Source: Paracoccaceae bacterium
GTDB taxonomy: Bacteria > Pseudomonadota > Alphaproteobacteria > Rhodobacterales > Rhodobacteraceae
Assembly: GCA_036735505.1 (NCBI GenBank)
Contig: DAINOF010000001.1
Location: 4,559 to 38,328, forward strand
DNA: 33,770 nt
Direction: 5' to 3'
Program-made: the position numbers and the translations under genes
Notes under the pieces: generated by a model
Seen by the model: the letters and a program-made list of their open reading frames with translations, nothing else
Databases searched by the model: none
What the model was told of the DNA's origin: nothing
In this document: positions 32,893 through 33,770 of the stretch, in pieces
Layout of the letters: each line of letters begins with the position of its first letter
Position numbering within the stretch: the stretch's first letter is position 1

Positions 32893-33770
32893 TCAGCCCT
32901 CCGCCAACACGCGGTCGAGCCGGGCGCGCACCGGCTCTGGCTCGGGCTCTCCGGGGGCGTAGACGTCGCGGAACATGGTGTCGAGCGCGGGCGCCTGCGC
33001 CCCAATGGCGAAGTCGATGGCGCCGTCCATCTCCTGCGCGATGGCCGCGTCGAGCGCATCGAGCCCGCCTGCGTCCTCGCCCATGTCGAGGAGCGCGCGG
33101 CGGGCGTGGTCCACCGGGTCGCGGGCGCGGCCCTCGGCCTCCTCGGCTTCCGTCCTGTAAGGGCTCTTGTCCTTCCGGCCGTGGCCGTAGAAGCGGTAGC
33201 AATCGATGGCGAGGAAGCCGGGCCGCCCGGCCCGCGCGCCCCCGAAGATGCGAAGGGCCGCCTCGCGCACCTCAAGCACGTCGAGCCCGTCGACGGTTTC
33301 CGCGTTCAGCCCGAAGGCGCGCGCGCGCTCGTGCAGCGCGGTGGCCTTGGTGGCCTGGTCGATCCGCGTGCCCATGCCCCACTGGTTGTTCACGCAGACG
33401 AAGACCGCCGGCAGGTCCCAGAGCGCGGCCATGTTCATCGATTCGTAGAGGATGCCCTGCTGCATCGCGCCATCGCCGAAGAAGGCGGCCGAGACGGCGC
33501 CGGTCCCGCGCCGCCTGGCCACCAGCGCCGCGCCCACCACGGCCGGAATGCCGCCGCCCACGATGGCGTTGGCGCCGAGGTGCCCGAGCCCCATGTCGGC
33601 GATGTGCATCGACCCGCCCTTGCCCCGGCAGTAGCCCGCGTCCTTGCCGGCGATCTCGGCCATCATGCGGTTCGGGTCCGCGCCGCGCGCAAGGAAGATG
33701 CCGTGGCCGCGATGGTGCGTCGTGAAGGTGTCGCCGCCCTGCATGGCGGCGCCGGCGCCGGCGGCGGCCG
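32893..33770 (-). CDS. acoA: acetoin/pyruvate dehydrogenase E1 alpha subunit (TPP-dependent), 5' end outside the window
   Basis: HRGHGIFLARGADPNRMMAEIAGKDAGYCRGKGGSMHIAD...FFGDGAMQQGILYESMNMAALWDLPAVFVCVNN is the TPP-binding motif. Confidence 0.9.
   Translation of the reverse strand, partial: AAAGAGAAMQGGDTFTTHHRGHGIFLARGADPNRMMAEIAGKDAGYCRGKGGSMHIADMGLGHLGANAIVGGGIPAVVGAALVARRRGTGAVSAAFFGDGAMQQGILYESMNMAALWDLPAVFVCVNNQWGMGTRIDQATKATALHERARAFGLNAETVDGLDVLEVREAALRIFGGARAGRPGFLAIDCYRFYGHGRKDKSPYRTEAEEAEGRARDPVDHARRALLDMGEDAGGLDALDAAIAQEMDGAIDFAIGAQAPALDTMFRDVYAPGEPEPEPVRARLDRVLAEG

Noticed and set aside
1-33770. CRISPR arrays, tRNA or rRNA genes, and prophage or defence-system signatures
   Set aside because: I found no regularly spaced direct repeats, no cloverleaf-like or rRNA-like segments in the short intergenic gaps, and no nuclease, methylase or phage structural motifs in the ORF translations.

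Overview
High-GC, Rhodobacter-like alphaproteobacterial chromosome segment. The centre (~5.0-26.4 kb) is one accessory supercluster. A photoactive yellow protein gene (pyp) and its two chromophore genes (pcl, a p-coumarate-CoA ligase, and tal, a tyrosine ammonia-lyase) bracket a complete gas-vesicle (gvp) cluster: gvpN, O, J, H, F/L x4, G, an S/M-like gene and K on the + strand, with the structural gene gvpA convergent on the - strand. Several genes inside this cluster are not part of any described gas-vesicle or PYP pathway that I know of: (i) two translationally coupled unknown ORFs between pyp and pcl, with a third paralog upstream at 3484; (ii) a soluble 6xPAS methyl-accepting chemoreceptor coupled to a triple-CheW protein, with no CheA or CheY in the window; (iii) a Cdc48-like tandem AAA+ ATPase coupled into the gvp operon; (iv) a repeat-rich coiled-coil protein and a LOV-like-PAS/PAS/GGDEF/EAL protein directly upstream of gvpA. 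My reading is a candidate light-to-buoyancy signalling system, and these genes are candidate downstream partners of PYP. The flanks are ordinary: an RND efflux remnant broken by an IS5-family transposase relic, a conserved hypothetical, hbd, a polar amino-acid ABC transporter, an FGGY sugar kinase and acoABC. All calls rest on reading the supplied ORF translations and the DNA; no database search was run.
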